NCBI GenBank assembly: GCA_043820925.1
Contig: JBDRDL010000070.1
Coordinates: 1-15,287, forward strand
Length of the DNA: 15,287 nt
Source of the DNA: Methanobacteriota archaeon
GTDB lineage: Archaea; Hydrothermarchaeota; Hydrothermarchaeia; Hydrothermarchaeales; JACRDW01
Direction of reading: 5' to 3'
Shown here: positions 1-7,716 of the stretch, one piece after another
How positions within the stretch are numbered: position 1 is the first letter of the stretch
How the letters are laid out: every line of letters starts with the position of its first letter
Notes under the pieces: generated by a model
What the model saw: only the letters and a program-made list of their open reading frames with translations
Databases searched by the model: none
Told to the model about the DNA's origin: nothing
Program-made: the position numbers and the translations under genes

Positions 1-666
1 TACGAGATTTCTGCTATTTCGCTGCATGCATATCCTTACATAGCCGGCAAATACGCACTCCTCTCCTGCGGAGGAAGCGTCGGCTGTAAATATGGTCCTG
101 TAGTCGTTTCTAAAAAGCGCATCCGCACGCTGCGGGGAAAGACTGTCGCTGTTCCAGGTCTGCTTACTACTGCCTATCTCGCACTAAAGTTGTTCGAAAA
201 GGATTTCACAGCAAGAGTTATTCCATTTGATAAAATCATGGATGAAGTGGCTAAAGGAAGTATAGATGCAGGCGTTGTGATACACGAGGGGCAGCTGTTC
301 TACAGCAGAACGCTTTACAAGTTTATCGACCTTGGCGAGTGGTGGTATGAGAAAACGAGGAATCCTCTCCCGCTTGGCGGCATTGTTGTAAGAAGAGACC
401 TAGGAGAAGAGCTAATAAAAAAAATAGCGCACTGCATTAGAGAAAGCATAGAGTACGCTCTGGAGCACAGAGAGGAAGCACTCGACTATGCCCTTAAGTT
501 TGCAAGAGGACTGGAAAAAAATAAAGCAGATAAATTCATTGGCATGTACGTAAATAAATATACCCTCGACTACGGAGAAGATGGAAGGAAGGCAGTAAAA
601 CTTCTGCTCTCAAAGGGCTATGAAGAAGGAATAATAACGAAAAAAGTAAAAGTTGACTTTATATGA
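1..666 (+). CDS. mqnD: 1,4-dihydroxy-6-naphthoate synthase (futalosine pathway), 5'-truncated by the window edge
   Basis: Frame 1 is open from base 1 (YEISAISLHAYPYIAGKYALLSCGGSVGCKYGPVVV...VAVPGLLTTAYLALKLFEK), so the track start at 190 is internal. Motifs GVVIHEGQ, DLGEWW..T..PLPLGG and FIGMYVN.YT are typical of MqnD. Stop overlaps the next ATG (ATGA, 663-666). Confidence 0.9.
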   Translation, partial: YEISAISLHAYPYIAGKYALLSCGGSVGCKYGPVVVSKKRIRTLRGKTVAVPGLLTTAYLALKLFEKDFTARVIPFDKIMDEVAKGSIDAGVVIHEGQLFYSRTLYKFIDLGEWWYEKTRNPLPLGGIVVRRDLGEELIKKIAHCIRESIEYALEHREEALDYALKFARGLEKNKADKFIGMYVNKYTLDYGEDGRKAVKLLLSKGYEEGIITKKVKVDFI

Positions 667-1769
667 TTGGCGATGTGGTTGAAAAGACGCTCAGTGGGGA
701 AGAGCTCAATAGAAAAGACGGCTATGCTTTGATGTGCTCGGACAACCTGCTCCTGCTCGGAGCGTTAGCAGACCGCCTGCGATGCAAGAGCGTGGGCAAT
801 ATTGTAACTTTCGTTTTAAACCGCCATATAAATTATACCAATATTTGCACCAGCAAGTGCGCCTTCTGTGCTTTTTATAGAGACGAACACGACCAAGATG
901 CTTATACGCTTTCTCTCGATGAGATAATGAAAAAGGTCAGGGAGGCAGCTGCGATGGGCATAACAGAGCTTCACATCGTGGGCAGCCATCATCCCGAGCT
1001 GCCATTCGAATTTTATGAGGATATGCTGCGCAGGATAAAACGAAAGTACCCTCGTCTTCACATAAAGGCATTCACCGCTGCTGAGATAAGGTATTTTTCA
1101 GAAATTTCAGGTAGCAGCGTGAAAGAAATTCTGAAGAGGCTCATCGATGCAGGTCTCGGCTCGCTTCCAGGTGGCGGGGCAGAGATATTCAGCGAAAAGC
1201 TGCGAAAGAAGCTGTGCCCAAACAAAGTCAGCGGTGAGGAATGGATAAAAATCATGAAAACAGCACACAAGTGCGGGTTAAAATCAAATGCCACGATGCT
1301 CTTTGGTCACATCGAAACGCCTGAAGACAGAGTAGACCACATACTCACGCTGAGGGAAGCGCAGAAAGACAGTAAGGGTTTTCAAGCCTTTATACCTCTG
1401 GTTTTTCACCCAGAGAACACGCAACTGGCGGAAAGAGGACTCGTCAAGAGCAGTGCAACCGGCTTCGACATCCTTAAAACGTTTGCAGTAGCGAGGATAC
1501 TGCTCAACGGCTACATAAATAACATCCGCTCTTACTGGATTATGACAGGCAAGAAACTTGCGCAAATTTCGCTCAGCTATGGCGTAAACGACCTGGACGG
1601 CACAGTTGTGGAAGAGAGAATCGCCCACGCTGCGGGCGCACCTACCGAAGAGTATGCCTCGAGGGAGGAGCTCATAAAGCTGATAAAAGAGGCGGGCAGA
1701 ATACCTGCGCAGAGAACAACAACTTATGAGATTATAAAAACTTATGATTCCGATAGGGAGCTGGCATGA
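663..1769 (+). CDS. mqnE: Aminofutalosine synthase, radical SAM (CofH/MqnE family)
   Basis: INYTNICTSKCAFC (CxxxCxxC), ELHIVG, IKAFTAAEI, LPGGGAEIF, NATMLFGHIE, YWIM.G...AQ..L..G.NDLDGTVVEE.I.H.AGA. Flanked by mqnD and mqnA. Confidence 0.88.
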   Translation: MIGDVVEKTLSGEELNRKDGYALMCSDNLLLLGALADRLRCKSVGNIVTFVLNRHINYTNICTSKCAFCAFYRDEHDQDAYTLSLDEIMKKVREAAAMGITELHIVGSHHPELPFEFYEDMLRRIKRKYPRLHIKAFTAAEIRYFSEISGSSVKEILKRLIDAGLGSLPGGGAEIFSEKLRKKLCPNKVSGEEWIKIMKTAHKCGLKSNATMLFGHIETPEDRVDHILTLREAQKDSKGFQAFIPLVFHPENTQLAERGLVKSSATGFDILKTFAVARILLNGYINNIRSYWIMTGKKLAQISLSYGVNDLDGTVVEERIAHAAGAPTEEYASREELIKLIKEAGRIPAQRTTTYEIIKTYDSDRELA

Positions 1770-1800
1770 ACACCATCTTCCTTGCGGAAGGGACAGCAAA

Positions 1801-2637
1801 ATGAGAATCGGGCAGACTTTTTTCAAGAATACTGACTTCATTTACTACGCAATTCAGAAGGGAATTGTTAAATTAGATGAAGCACTTTCAGGCTCAACGC
1901 TGCACACTGCACATCCCCCTGAGCTCGGTGGGATGCTCTTCAGGGGCGAGATAGATGCTGCCCCGGCTTCTTCCATCATCTACGCCCAGCACCCCAATGA
2001 TTTCCTGCTCCTTCCAGATTTTTCTATAAGCGCATTTGGAGAAACGAGAAGTATACTTCTTTTTTCAAAAAAGTGCGATTCTCTAGAGGATTTAGAGGGG
2101 AGAAAAGTAGCTGTTCCAGGGACCAGCGCAAGTTCCTCGGCGCTGCTTCAGATTTTGCTGAAAAGCAGGGGCATAGATGCCGAGATTGTCTACCAAGAAA
2201 AACCAGAAATAAAGAATATGCTCAACATCGCAGATGCTGCACTACTCATAGGCGACGACGCCCTAATTGCAAATTCTAAAAAAAATCGCCTCCTCTGCGA
2301 CCTCGGCGAGGAGTGGCGGGCTACGACAGGAAAAAAAATGGTGTATGCGCTGTGGATTATTAGGAGAAAATTTGCAGAAGAAAATCCAGAGCAGCTGGAG
2401 AGCTTTTACAAAAAGCTGTGGGACTCGAGAGAATATGCGTATAGAAATATAGACGCAATTTCTCAAGAGCTAGCTTCTAGGATAAGCATAAGCCCAGAGG
2501 TAATGAGAGAGCACCTCCTGAAGCTGGACTACGGCTTCGACAGGAGAAGCGAAGAAGGATTGAAGGAATATTTCAAATATGCCCAGAAATTCGGAATAAT
2601 CAAAGAGATGCCGAGATTGAAATTCTTCGAGGTGTGA
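1801..2637 (+). CDS. mqnA: Chorismate dehydratase
   Basis: MRIG....N...Y N-terminus, P.EL...L..GEID.A..SSI.Y, LLPDFSIS..G...SILLFS, SASS..LL.IL, AALLIGDDAL, DLGEEW...TG..MVYALW. ATG 1801 is preferred over the track's 1744 because the family-like N-terminus starts there and it avoids overlapping mqnE. Confidence 0.88.
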   Translation: MRIGQTFFKNTDFIYYAIQKGIVKLDEALSGSTLHTAHPPELGGMLFRGEIDAAPASSIIYAQHPNDFLLLPDFSISAFGETRSILLFSKKCDSLEDLEGRKVAVPGTSASSSALLQILLKSRGIDAEIVYQEKPEIKNMLNIADAALLIGDDALIANSKKNRLLCDLGEEWRATTGKKMVYALWIIRRKFAEENPEQLESFYKKLWDSREYAYRNIDAISQELASRISISPEVMREHLLKLDYGFDRRSEEGLKEYFKYAQKFGIIKEMPRLKFFEV

Positions 2638-2639
2638 AA

Positions 2640-3734
2640 ATGTTCAGCGTCGAGGACAACGTAAGAGACCTCCTGGATAAAGCGCTGGGCAGCGAGCCGC
2701 TGAGCCTGCGAGACGGGATAAAGCTGTTTGAGTCTGATGTGCAGCTGACAGGGCTAATTGCAGATTGCCTGAGAAAGAGCAGCGCTGGCGACGTGGTTAC
2801 TTTTGTCATAGACAGGAACATAAACTATACCAACGTGTGCATCTCCGGCTGCAAGTTCTGTGCATTTTACAGGAGCAGCAAGGCAGGCGATGCTTATGTT
2901 CTAACGATAGAAGAGCTGCTGAAGAAAGTTGCAGAAGCTGTAAAATTGGGAGCCATGCAGGTGCTGCTCCAGGGAGGGCATCACCCCGAGCTGCCCATCG
3001 AGTACTATGAAAATATGCTTCGCAGCATGAGAGAGGAATTTCCCCAGGTTCAGCGCCATGCATTCTCGCCGAGCGAGATTGCGCACATCGCAAAAATTTC
3101 AAGCAGCAGTATAAAAGAGACTCTAAAGAGGCTCATTGAAGCAGGTCTACAGAGCATTCCGGGCGGGGGTGCAGAGATTCTCGACGACAAAATTAGAAAA
3201 AAAATCAGCCCAAAAAAAATAGACTGGAAAGGCTGGAGAAATGTTATGCTAACTGCGCATTCGCTTGGCCTGCCAACTACTGCAACGATGGTCTACGGGC
3301 TTACAGAAGGCTACAGAGAAAGAGCAAAACACATTTTGCGGATTAGGGAGATTCAGGAAAAAACGCACGGCTTCACCGCCTTCATACCCTGGAGCTTCCA
3401 GCCAGGGAATACTGCGCTTGCAAAAAAGTACAACATAGCCGGCTCAAGCGGAATAGAATATCTGAAGGTCGTTGCGGTCTCCCGCATCCTGCTCAATGGA
3501 ACAATAAGGAATATACAGGCGTCATGGGTAACGCAGGGCGAGAGGATAGCGCAGGTAGCGCTCAGCTACGGAGCAAACGACTTCGGCGGCACGATGATAG
3601 AAGAAAACGTTGTAAGGGCAACCGGAGCTGGCTCGCAGTACCTGCCGCCAGAGGAGATTATCAGGCTGATAAAAAACGCAGGTCGCCCTGCTGCGCAGAG
3701 AGATACGCTGTATAGGATTTTAAAGAGATACTAA
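2640..3734 (+). CDS. mqnC: Cyclic dehypoxanthine futalosine synthase, radical SAM
   Basis: VTFVIDRNINYTNVCISGCKFCAFY, QVLLQGG.HP, HAFSPSEI, SIPGGGAEIL, TTATM, FTAFIPWSFQPGNT, NIQASWVTQG, GANDFGGTMIEENVV. SD GAGGTG at 2629-2634 favours ATG 2640 (GTG 2634 is the alternative). Confidence 0.9.
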   Translation: MFSVEDNVRDLLDKALGSEPLSLRDGIKLFESDVQLTGLIADCLRKSSAGDVVTFVIDRNINYTNVCISGCKFCAFYRSSKAGDAYVLTIEELLKKVAEAVKLGAMQVLLQGGHHPELPIEYYENMLRSMREEFPQVQRHAFSPSEIAHIAKISSSSIKETLKRLIEAGLQSIPGGGAEILDDKIRKKISPKKIDWKGWRNVMLTAHSLGLPTTATMVYGLTEGYRERAKHILRIREIQEKTHGFTAFIPWSFQPGNTALAKKYNIAGSSGIEYLKVVAVSRILLNGTIRNIQASWVTQGERIAQVALSYGANDFGGTMIEENVVRATGAGSQYLPPEEIIRLIKNAGRPAAQRDTLYRILKRY

Positions 3735-3760
3735 TAAGTCTATCGCCCTTCTTCATACAA

Positions 3761-3794
3761 AGGCGACTTCTCGGGTTGAGATGAGGAGTCGCCT
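3761..3794. terminator. GC-rich hairpin after mqnC (possible terminator or transcript boundary)
   Basis: AGGCGACTTCTC (3761-3772) pairs with GAGGAGTCGCCT (3783-3794): 12 bp including one G-U, 10-nt loop. No clear T-tract follows. Confidence 0.35.
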
Positions 3795-3818
3795 AGAGTG
3801 GGAAAATAAAGTGGAACT

Positions 3819-3835
3819 AAAAGAAATCTTTAAGA
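3819..3835 (+). promoter_or_regulatory. Putative archaeal BRE/TATA for a leaderless transcript
   Basis: A purine run (AAAAGAAA) followed by TTTAAG (3829-3834), about 25 nt upstream of ATG 3859. Confidence 0.4.
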
Positions 3836-3858
3836 GGGCGCCAAAATATGGTTCTAAT

Positions 3859-4983
3859 ATGGAGCTACTTAAACTCAAAGATTTGTTTGCAAGAATGCTT
3901 CCATCTATAATTCCCTTAGCAGTTTCTATTTATCTTGTATGGCAGTCGCAATTAAAGGGCGCAACAATCAACTATTTAGGAGTACCAACAATAAAAGTTC
4001 AAGAACCGTCACAAGAAGCTCTACGGGCTTCGCCCATATACCTAAATACTGAAAAGTTTTCTGTTATTTTTACTAATTCTGGAAATAGATCTGGAATTTT
4101 ACATAATGTTAAGGTCAGATTCGAACCAAGTGAAGGGTTTAGAAAATACTTTGACAAGTTTACTTCCCCTACTGGGATGATTATGGGTCTTCAATATCCA
4201 CACGAGGTCATAATTATTAGAGACAGGAGTACTGAACCAATATTTTTTGATACAAGTACTATTACTTTAAAAAGAGAAATTTCGAAAGGCTTTGAAGGAC
4301 TAGATTGGGGGGATATATCTGAGAATGAAAACCTATCTGAGTTAATTAATTCTATACTCGAAAGTAAGAAACAAACTCTTCAAGACTTTGTAAATTTTCT
4401 TAAGTCTAAAGAGAAATTTGGGAAATTTACACTCCACTATACTTATTCTGCTAGGAAAAGATTATTTTGGGAGGCGCTAAAAGACAGGGAAATCGATCTA
4501 AATTACGAGCAACCTAGCTTAGAACCCTCCTATAGAAATCTTTTAGAAAATTGGCATTCAATTCATCCGCTTCCTAGATACATCTTTGATCAATTACTAG
4601 GCTTTATTGACCAATGTAATTCCGCTATTGAAGGTTATAGAAAAGATTTGTCTGAAGCGGAACCTGATAAAGTTTGTAAATTCCCTAGAAATTTCAGCAT
4701 TCAAACAGAATTCCGTAGTAAGTGGGAATTCCATCTTCTTACAAAATGGAGCAAGTATAATGAACTGGTGAAGTTGATAGGGGAGTTGCTAGGTGGAATC
4801 AGCGAATTCAAAACGAAATGCGACGAGCTGAGTCGTTTATATCCTACTGCAAGAGAAGTGAGTGAAAGAAATTTAGTTGAACAACAGGAGATATTGCTAG
4901 AAAAATTAGAGGATAAAAGATTAAAAAGAATTCACGAATTAAAAGAGGAACTTATAAAAATTAGAGAATTTTATAGTTCGTAG
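3859..4983 (+). CDS. Hypothetical protein with an N-terminal membrane anchor and a helical or coiled-coil C-terminus
   Basis: Long, AT-richer ORF (track start 3781 lies inside a hairpin, so 3859 is preferred). Hydrophobic IIPLAVSIYLVW, a beta-rich segment FTNSGNRSGILHNVKVRF, and an E/K/L-rich C-terminus. No family recognised. Confidence 0.7.
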   Translation: MELLKLKDLFARMLPSIIPLAVSIYLVWQSQLKGATINYLGVPTIKVQEPSQEALRASPIYLNTEKFSVIFTNSGNRSGILHNVKVRFEPSEGFRKYFDKFTSPTGMIMGLQYPHEVIIIRDRSTEPIFFDTSTITLKREISKGFEGLDWGDISENENLSELINSILESKKQTLQDFVNFLKSKEKFGKFTLHYTYSARKRLFWEALKDREIDLNYEQPSLEPSYRNLLENWHSIHPLPRYIFDQLLGFIDQCNSAIEGYRKDLSEAEPDKVCKFPRNFSIQTEFRSKWEFHLLTKWSKYNELVKLIGELLGGISEFKTKCDELSRLYPTAREVSERNLVEQQEILLEKLEDKRLKRIHELKEELIKIREFYSS

Positions 4984-5112
4984 CATTTGCCATTATTACC
5001 AATGCCTTCGAGGGCATGGCATCTAAAAAATAAAAGGCGCAACTTCACAGACCGCACCGAGCCCCATAGCAGCATCGGAGTAATGGGGCTCTCAGTGCAT
5101 TTGCTACCAATA

Positions 5113-5141
5113 CAGAAAGCTAATTTTAAATACGTTAACGT
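5113..5141 (+). promoter_or_regulatory. TATA box plus palindromic operator candidate of the toxin-antitoxin operon
   Basis: TTTTAAATA (5124-5132) directly followed by the perfect palindrome ACGTTAACGT (5132-5141). SD-like GGTG lies just before ATG 5165. Confidence 0.5.
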
Positions 5142-5164
5142 TCTGAGTATAAACTGGTGTCGTC

Positions 5165-5350
5165 ATGGAAGTTACATTAAACAAGATATACAAAGAAGTT
5201 TTATCTCTGAAAAAAGAAGTTGCAGCTTTGAGGGAGTCTATTTTTGTTGAGGAAGTTGAGCCTCTGGAAGACGAGGCAGAGAGCATTAAGGAATACGAAA
5301 AGAGAAAGAGAGCTGGAGACGTTGAATTTTCTGCTATAGAGGAAGTCTAA
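5165..5350 (+). CDS. Small acidic antitoxin (RelB-like partner of RelE)
   Basis: 61 aa with an acidic C-terminus (EEVEPLEDEAESIKEY...FSAIEEV). Its stop overlaps the start of a RelE-like frame (TAATG, 5348-5352). Confidence 0.7.
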   Translation: MEVTLNKIYKEVLSLKKEVAALRESIFVEEVEPLEDEAESIKEYEKRKRAGDVEFSAIEEV

Positions 5351-6069
5351 TGGTCTTCAAGGTTTTAATCGAGAAGAAAGTTCTCAGGTTTCTCAATAAT
5401 TTGGAGGCTAAGCATAGAGAAAGAGTTAAGGTTGCGTATGTGTTTAGCTATTTATTCCAAAAACTACAGAGATGGTCAATGAAATGATTCCATTCATTAT
5501 TATACTACTGCTGTTGATAGTGGGAATAATTATCTATCTTTTATTAAAGTCAATTCTTATTGTTATTGGATTTATAGTCGGTTCAGGACTAATTACATTG
5601 GTTTTGAGATATATTCCAAGTTTAAAAATTAAGTGGAGTATTAGAGGTTTAACAGGCTTACCCACAATATTTTACCTACATTCTCCTTTCTTATTGCCAC
5701 TAATATATTCAGATGTTCATGAGTTTTTTACTTCTCATCAATATGTCCTAGCTTTTATGAAGGGATATTCTTACGGAGTTATCGTAACAGCAATTTTGGA
5801 TTTGTTTTCCGAGTAAGTTATAAAGTCCATTCTCTCGCCACCTCCACCTATGCTGTTGTCCCTTTATCTACAAATACTCTGCTATTTTTTGAAGCGGAAC
5901 ATTGTTAAAGCTCAACGAACCATTTCTAAACAGGCTGGACATCAAGAAACTGAAGGGATACAAAAACAAATTTCGGCTGAGGGTTGGAGATTACAGGATA
6001 CTTTTTGAAATCGAGAAAGATACGGTCAGAATCTTTGATATTTTCCACAGAGGTGTGGGATATAAATGA
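5350..6069 (+). pseudogene. relE: RelE/ParE-family toxin gene split by a ~465 bp insertion
   Basis: 5350-5430 gives MVFKVLIEKKVLRFLNNLEAKHRERVK. 5896-6069, in the same frame, gives GTLLKLNEPFLNRLDIKKLKGYKNKFRLRVGDYRILFEIEKDTVRIFDIFHRGVGYK*, with RelE motifs KKLKG, RLRVGDYRI and HR..Y. The joined product is 84 aa. Not in the ORF track. Confidence 0.85.
5484..5816 (+). CDS. Small hypothetical membrane protein (about 3-4 TM) inside the relE insertion
   Basis: Very hydrophobic, AT-rich ORF. ATG 5484 overlaps (ATGA) the TGA 5485-5487 that ends the chimeric RelE N-terminal frame. ATG 5472 is an alternative start. Confidence 0.6.
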   Translation: MIPFIIILLLLIVGIIIYLLLKSILIVIGFIVGSGLITLVLRYIPSLKIKWSIRGLTGLPTIFYLHSPFLLPLIYSDVHEFFTSHQYVLAFMKGYSYGVIVTAILDLFSE

Positions 6070-6078
6070 AAATAGTAA

Positions 6079-6924
6079 CTAAAGCACGACGTCCAAAAAA
6101 ACGAAAACAAAAATCGAAACGCTGACTGCTGCATTTATGTTGAAGAACGCAACAGGAACTTTTTCTAAGCTCTGCGGTCCGACAATCAGGTGCTCATAGA
6201 TCAGCAGAGCAGCTATAACCGCAACGCCTGTCAGGTAAAACATGCCCAATTCCAAAATGAAAAATACAGAAAGCAAAAGCAGAATTGTCAGCGCATGGAG
6301 CAGCGAAGAGATTAGCAGTCCGTTTTTTACTCCAAATCTCGCAGGAATAGAGTGCAGCCCAAATTTTCTGTCGAACTTTATGTCCTGGCAGGAATATATA
6401 ACGTCGAACCCAGCGACCCAGAAAGTTACGGCTACTGCCAAAATCAGAGCAGGCATCTCTATGCTTGCAGTAATTGCAATCCATCCTCCGAATGGAGCAA
6501 ATGCGAGATTCGTTCCGAGCAGGATGTGCGCAAGTGAGGTGTAGCGCTTCGAATAGGGATACGCAAGGGCGATTAAAACAGGGATTGGCGACAGAATGAA
6601 GCATAGAAAATTTAATTGATATGCCGAAAAAAATAACAGAAGATAAGACATAATGATAATGCCCCTGGCTTCTTTAACGCTTACTTTTCCACCCGGTAAA
6701 AACCTGTCTTTCGTTCTCGGATTTTTCGCATCTGTCTCTCTATCCACAAGGTCTGCCAAAACTATTGCTGCGCTTCTTGCGCCGAAGAGCGCCAGGGTAA
6801 TCCAGAAAAATTTTTCTAGAGGAATTATGCCGCCGTAAGCGAGCATAGCTCCTGCGTAAGCAAACGTCAGGGAAAAAACTGCGTGTTCGAAGCGGATGAA
6901 CTGCAGAAGTGTTTTGAGGTTCAT
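6079..6924 (-). CDS. ubiA: UbiA-family prenyltransferase, probably the futalosine-pathway MqnP
   Basis: IRFEH.VF.L.FAY.G, D...DAKNPRT..R.LP.G, YPYSKRYT...H, FWVAGFDVIYSCQD..FD...GLHSIPARFG, AFFNIN. Multiple TM helices and mqn context. Confidence 0.88.
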   Translation of the reverse strand: MNLKTLLQFIRFEHAVFSLTFAYAGAMLAYGGIIPLEKFFWITLALFGARSAAIVLADLVDRETDAKNPRTKDRFLPGGKVSVKEARGIIIMSYLLLFFSAYQLNFLCFILSPIPVLIALAYPYSKRYTSLAHILLGTNLAFAPFGGWIAITASIEMPALILAVAVTFWVAGFDVIYSCQDIKFDRKFGLHSIPARFGVKNGLLISSLLHALTILLLLSVFFILELGMFYLTGVAVIAALLIYEHLIVGPQSLEKVPVAFFNINAAVSVSIFVFVFLDVVL

Positions 6925-7490
6925 TTTTTCATTTCCTGCAAGTGTTTTTCCACTCTATTTTTCATTTCTAAAAAATCTTTATAAACGCCAATCTCTTTGC
7001 ACATTTTCTTAAGATAGCGCATATCGAGATTTTTCATCTGCCTTGCGTAGATGCCCTCAGCGTCTTTTATGTCCTGCTCGCTGTCGAGGAGCAGTTTGTC
7101 GGCAATTGTGCCTTCCGGGGAGGCAAGATAGCATTTTATCCTGCCCAAATTCACTTTCTTTTTTGTTTTCAGGGTTTGAATATCTTTCTCGCTATACGCG
7201 CCCTTTGCGTCTATGTGATAATCCGAAAGCCTATCGAAAATTGTGAAATGTGTTTTTTCTCTAAGAGCATCTGCCATGTCCTTTTCAGTCGTAGAGAAAT
7301 TCATTTTCTTTAAAGCACGGACAAATTTTTTGATGTCTTTTTCTTCCAGGGAGACGATTACGTCCACATCTCTTGTCGTCCTCACATTTCCCCAGCTCGA
7401 AACCGCTATACCTCCAACGATGGCATAATCGATTTTTAACTCGTTGAGAATCTTTGCAATGCTTCTTGCAACTTCTTCTAAGGTTCGCAT
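6921..7490 (-). CDS. Nucleotidyltransferase-fold protein (DUF6036/AbiEii-like, putative toxin)
   Basis: YAIVGGIAV..WG..RTTRDVDVIV (GG + R.T.DxD), then ASPE..I..KL....QD..D. Overlapped by a small upstream ORF, and its stop overlaps the ubiA start (ATGA). Confidence 0.7.
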   Translation of the reverse strand: MRTLEEVARSIAKILNELKIDYAIVGGIAVSSWGNVRTTRDVDVIVSLEEKDIKKFVRALKKMNFSTTEKDMADALREKTHFTIFDRLSDYHIDAKGAYSEKDIQTLKTKKKVNLGRIKCYLASPEGTIADKLLLDSEQDIKDAEGIYARQMKNLDMRYLKKMCKEIGVYKDFLEMKNRVEKHLQEMKK

Positions 7491-7660
7491 TTTCTCATCC
7501 TGCTAAGCTTTTCTGCAAAGTCGACCAAGTCGAACATTATCCTCAGAGTTTCTTCGGGTGTTTTATTGCGCAGCAAAAGAGAATCCCTTATCCACTCCCT
7601 CTCTCTCCTCTCCTCTACCTTCTTGCGAAATTCGGCAAGCCGTCTCTCGGTCATCGGCAT
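7478..7660 (-). CDS. Small charged helical protein, putative antitoxin or partner of the nucleotidyltransferase
   Basis: MPMTERRLAEFRKKVEERREREWIRDSLLLRNKTPEETLRIMFDLVDFAEKL... The start at 7660 (rather than the track's 7708) is supported by a TATA about 24 nt upstream. Overlaps the NTase start by 13 nt. Confidence 0.6.
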   Translation of the reverse strand: MPMTERRLAEFRKKVEERREREWIRDSLLLRNKTPEETLRIMFDLVDFAEKLSRMRKCEP

Positions 7661-7681
7661 GATTCTAAAATAAGTGAAGGG

Positions 7682-7691
7682 GTTATAAAAA
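7682..7691 (-). promoter_or_regulatory. Archaeal TATA box for a leaderless small ORF-NTase-ubiA transcript (possibly bidirectional)
   Basis: Minus strand TTTTTATAAC about 24 nt upstream of ATG 7660. The plus strand reads TTATAAAA about 30 nt upstream of ATG 7717. Confidence 0.5.
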
Positions 7692-7696
7692 GGTAG

Positions 7697-7705
7697 TGCT
7701 ATAAT
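7697..7705 (+). promoter_or_regulatory. Bacterial sigma70-type extended -10 motif
   Basis: Exact TG-N-TATAAT (TGCTATAAT), 11 nt before ATG 7717, with no SD. Confidence 0.4.
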
Positions 7706-7716
7706 CATTGTAACTT

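Noticed and set aside
663..3734. The two radical SAM paralogues as F420 biosynthesis CofH/CofG
   Set aside because: Subfamily motifs and interleaving with mqnA and mqnD fit MqnE and MqnC. No other cof genes are present.
3775..5050. The orphan ORF as a second integron cassette (GTTGAGA upstream, GCGCAAC downstream)
   Set aside because: Neither fits GTTRRRY or RYYYAAC, they are not complementary beyond GTTG/CAAC, and no L boxes are evident.
4987..5250. 87 aa track ORF, and the antisense 5104-5286 ORF
   Set aside because: It spans hairpins and a promoter and overlaps the better-supported antitoxin gene. No recognisable motifs.
5420..5905. The relE insert as an archaeal bulge-helix-bulge intron or an IS/MITE
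   Set aside because: I could not build a BHB pairing across the junctions, and found no terminal inverted repeats, target duplication or transposase.
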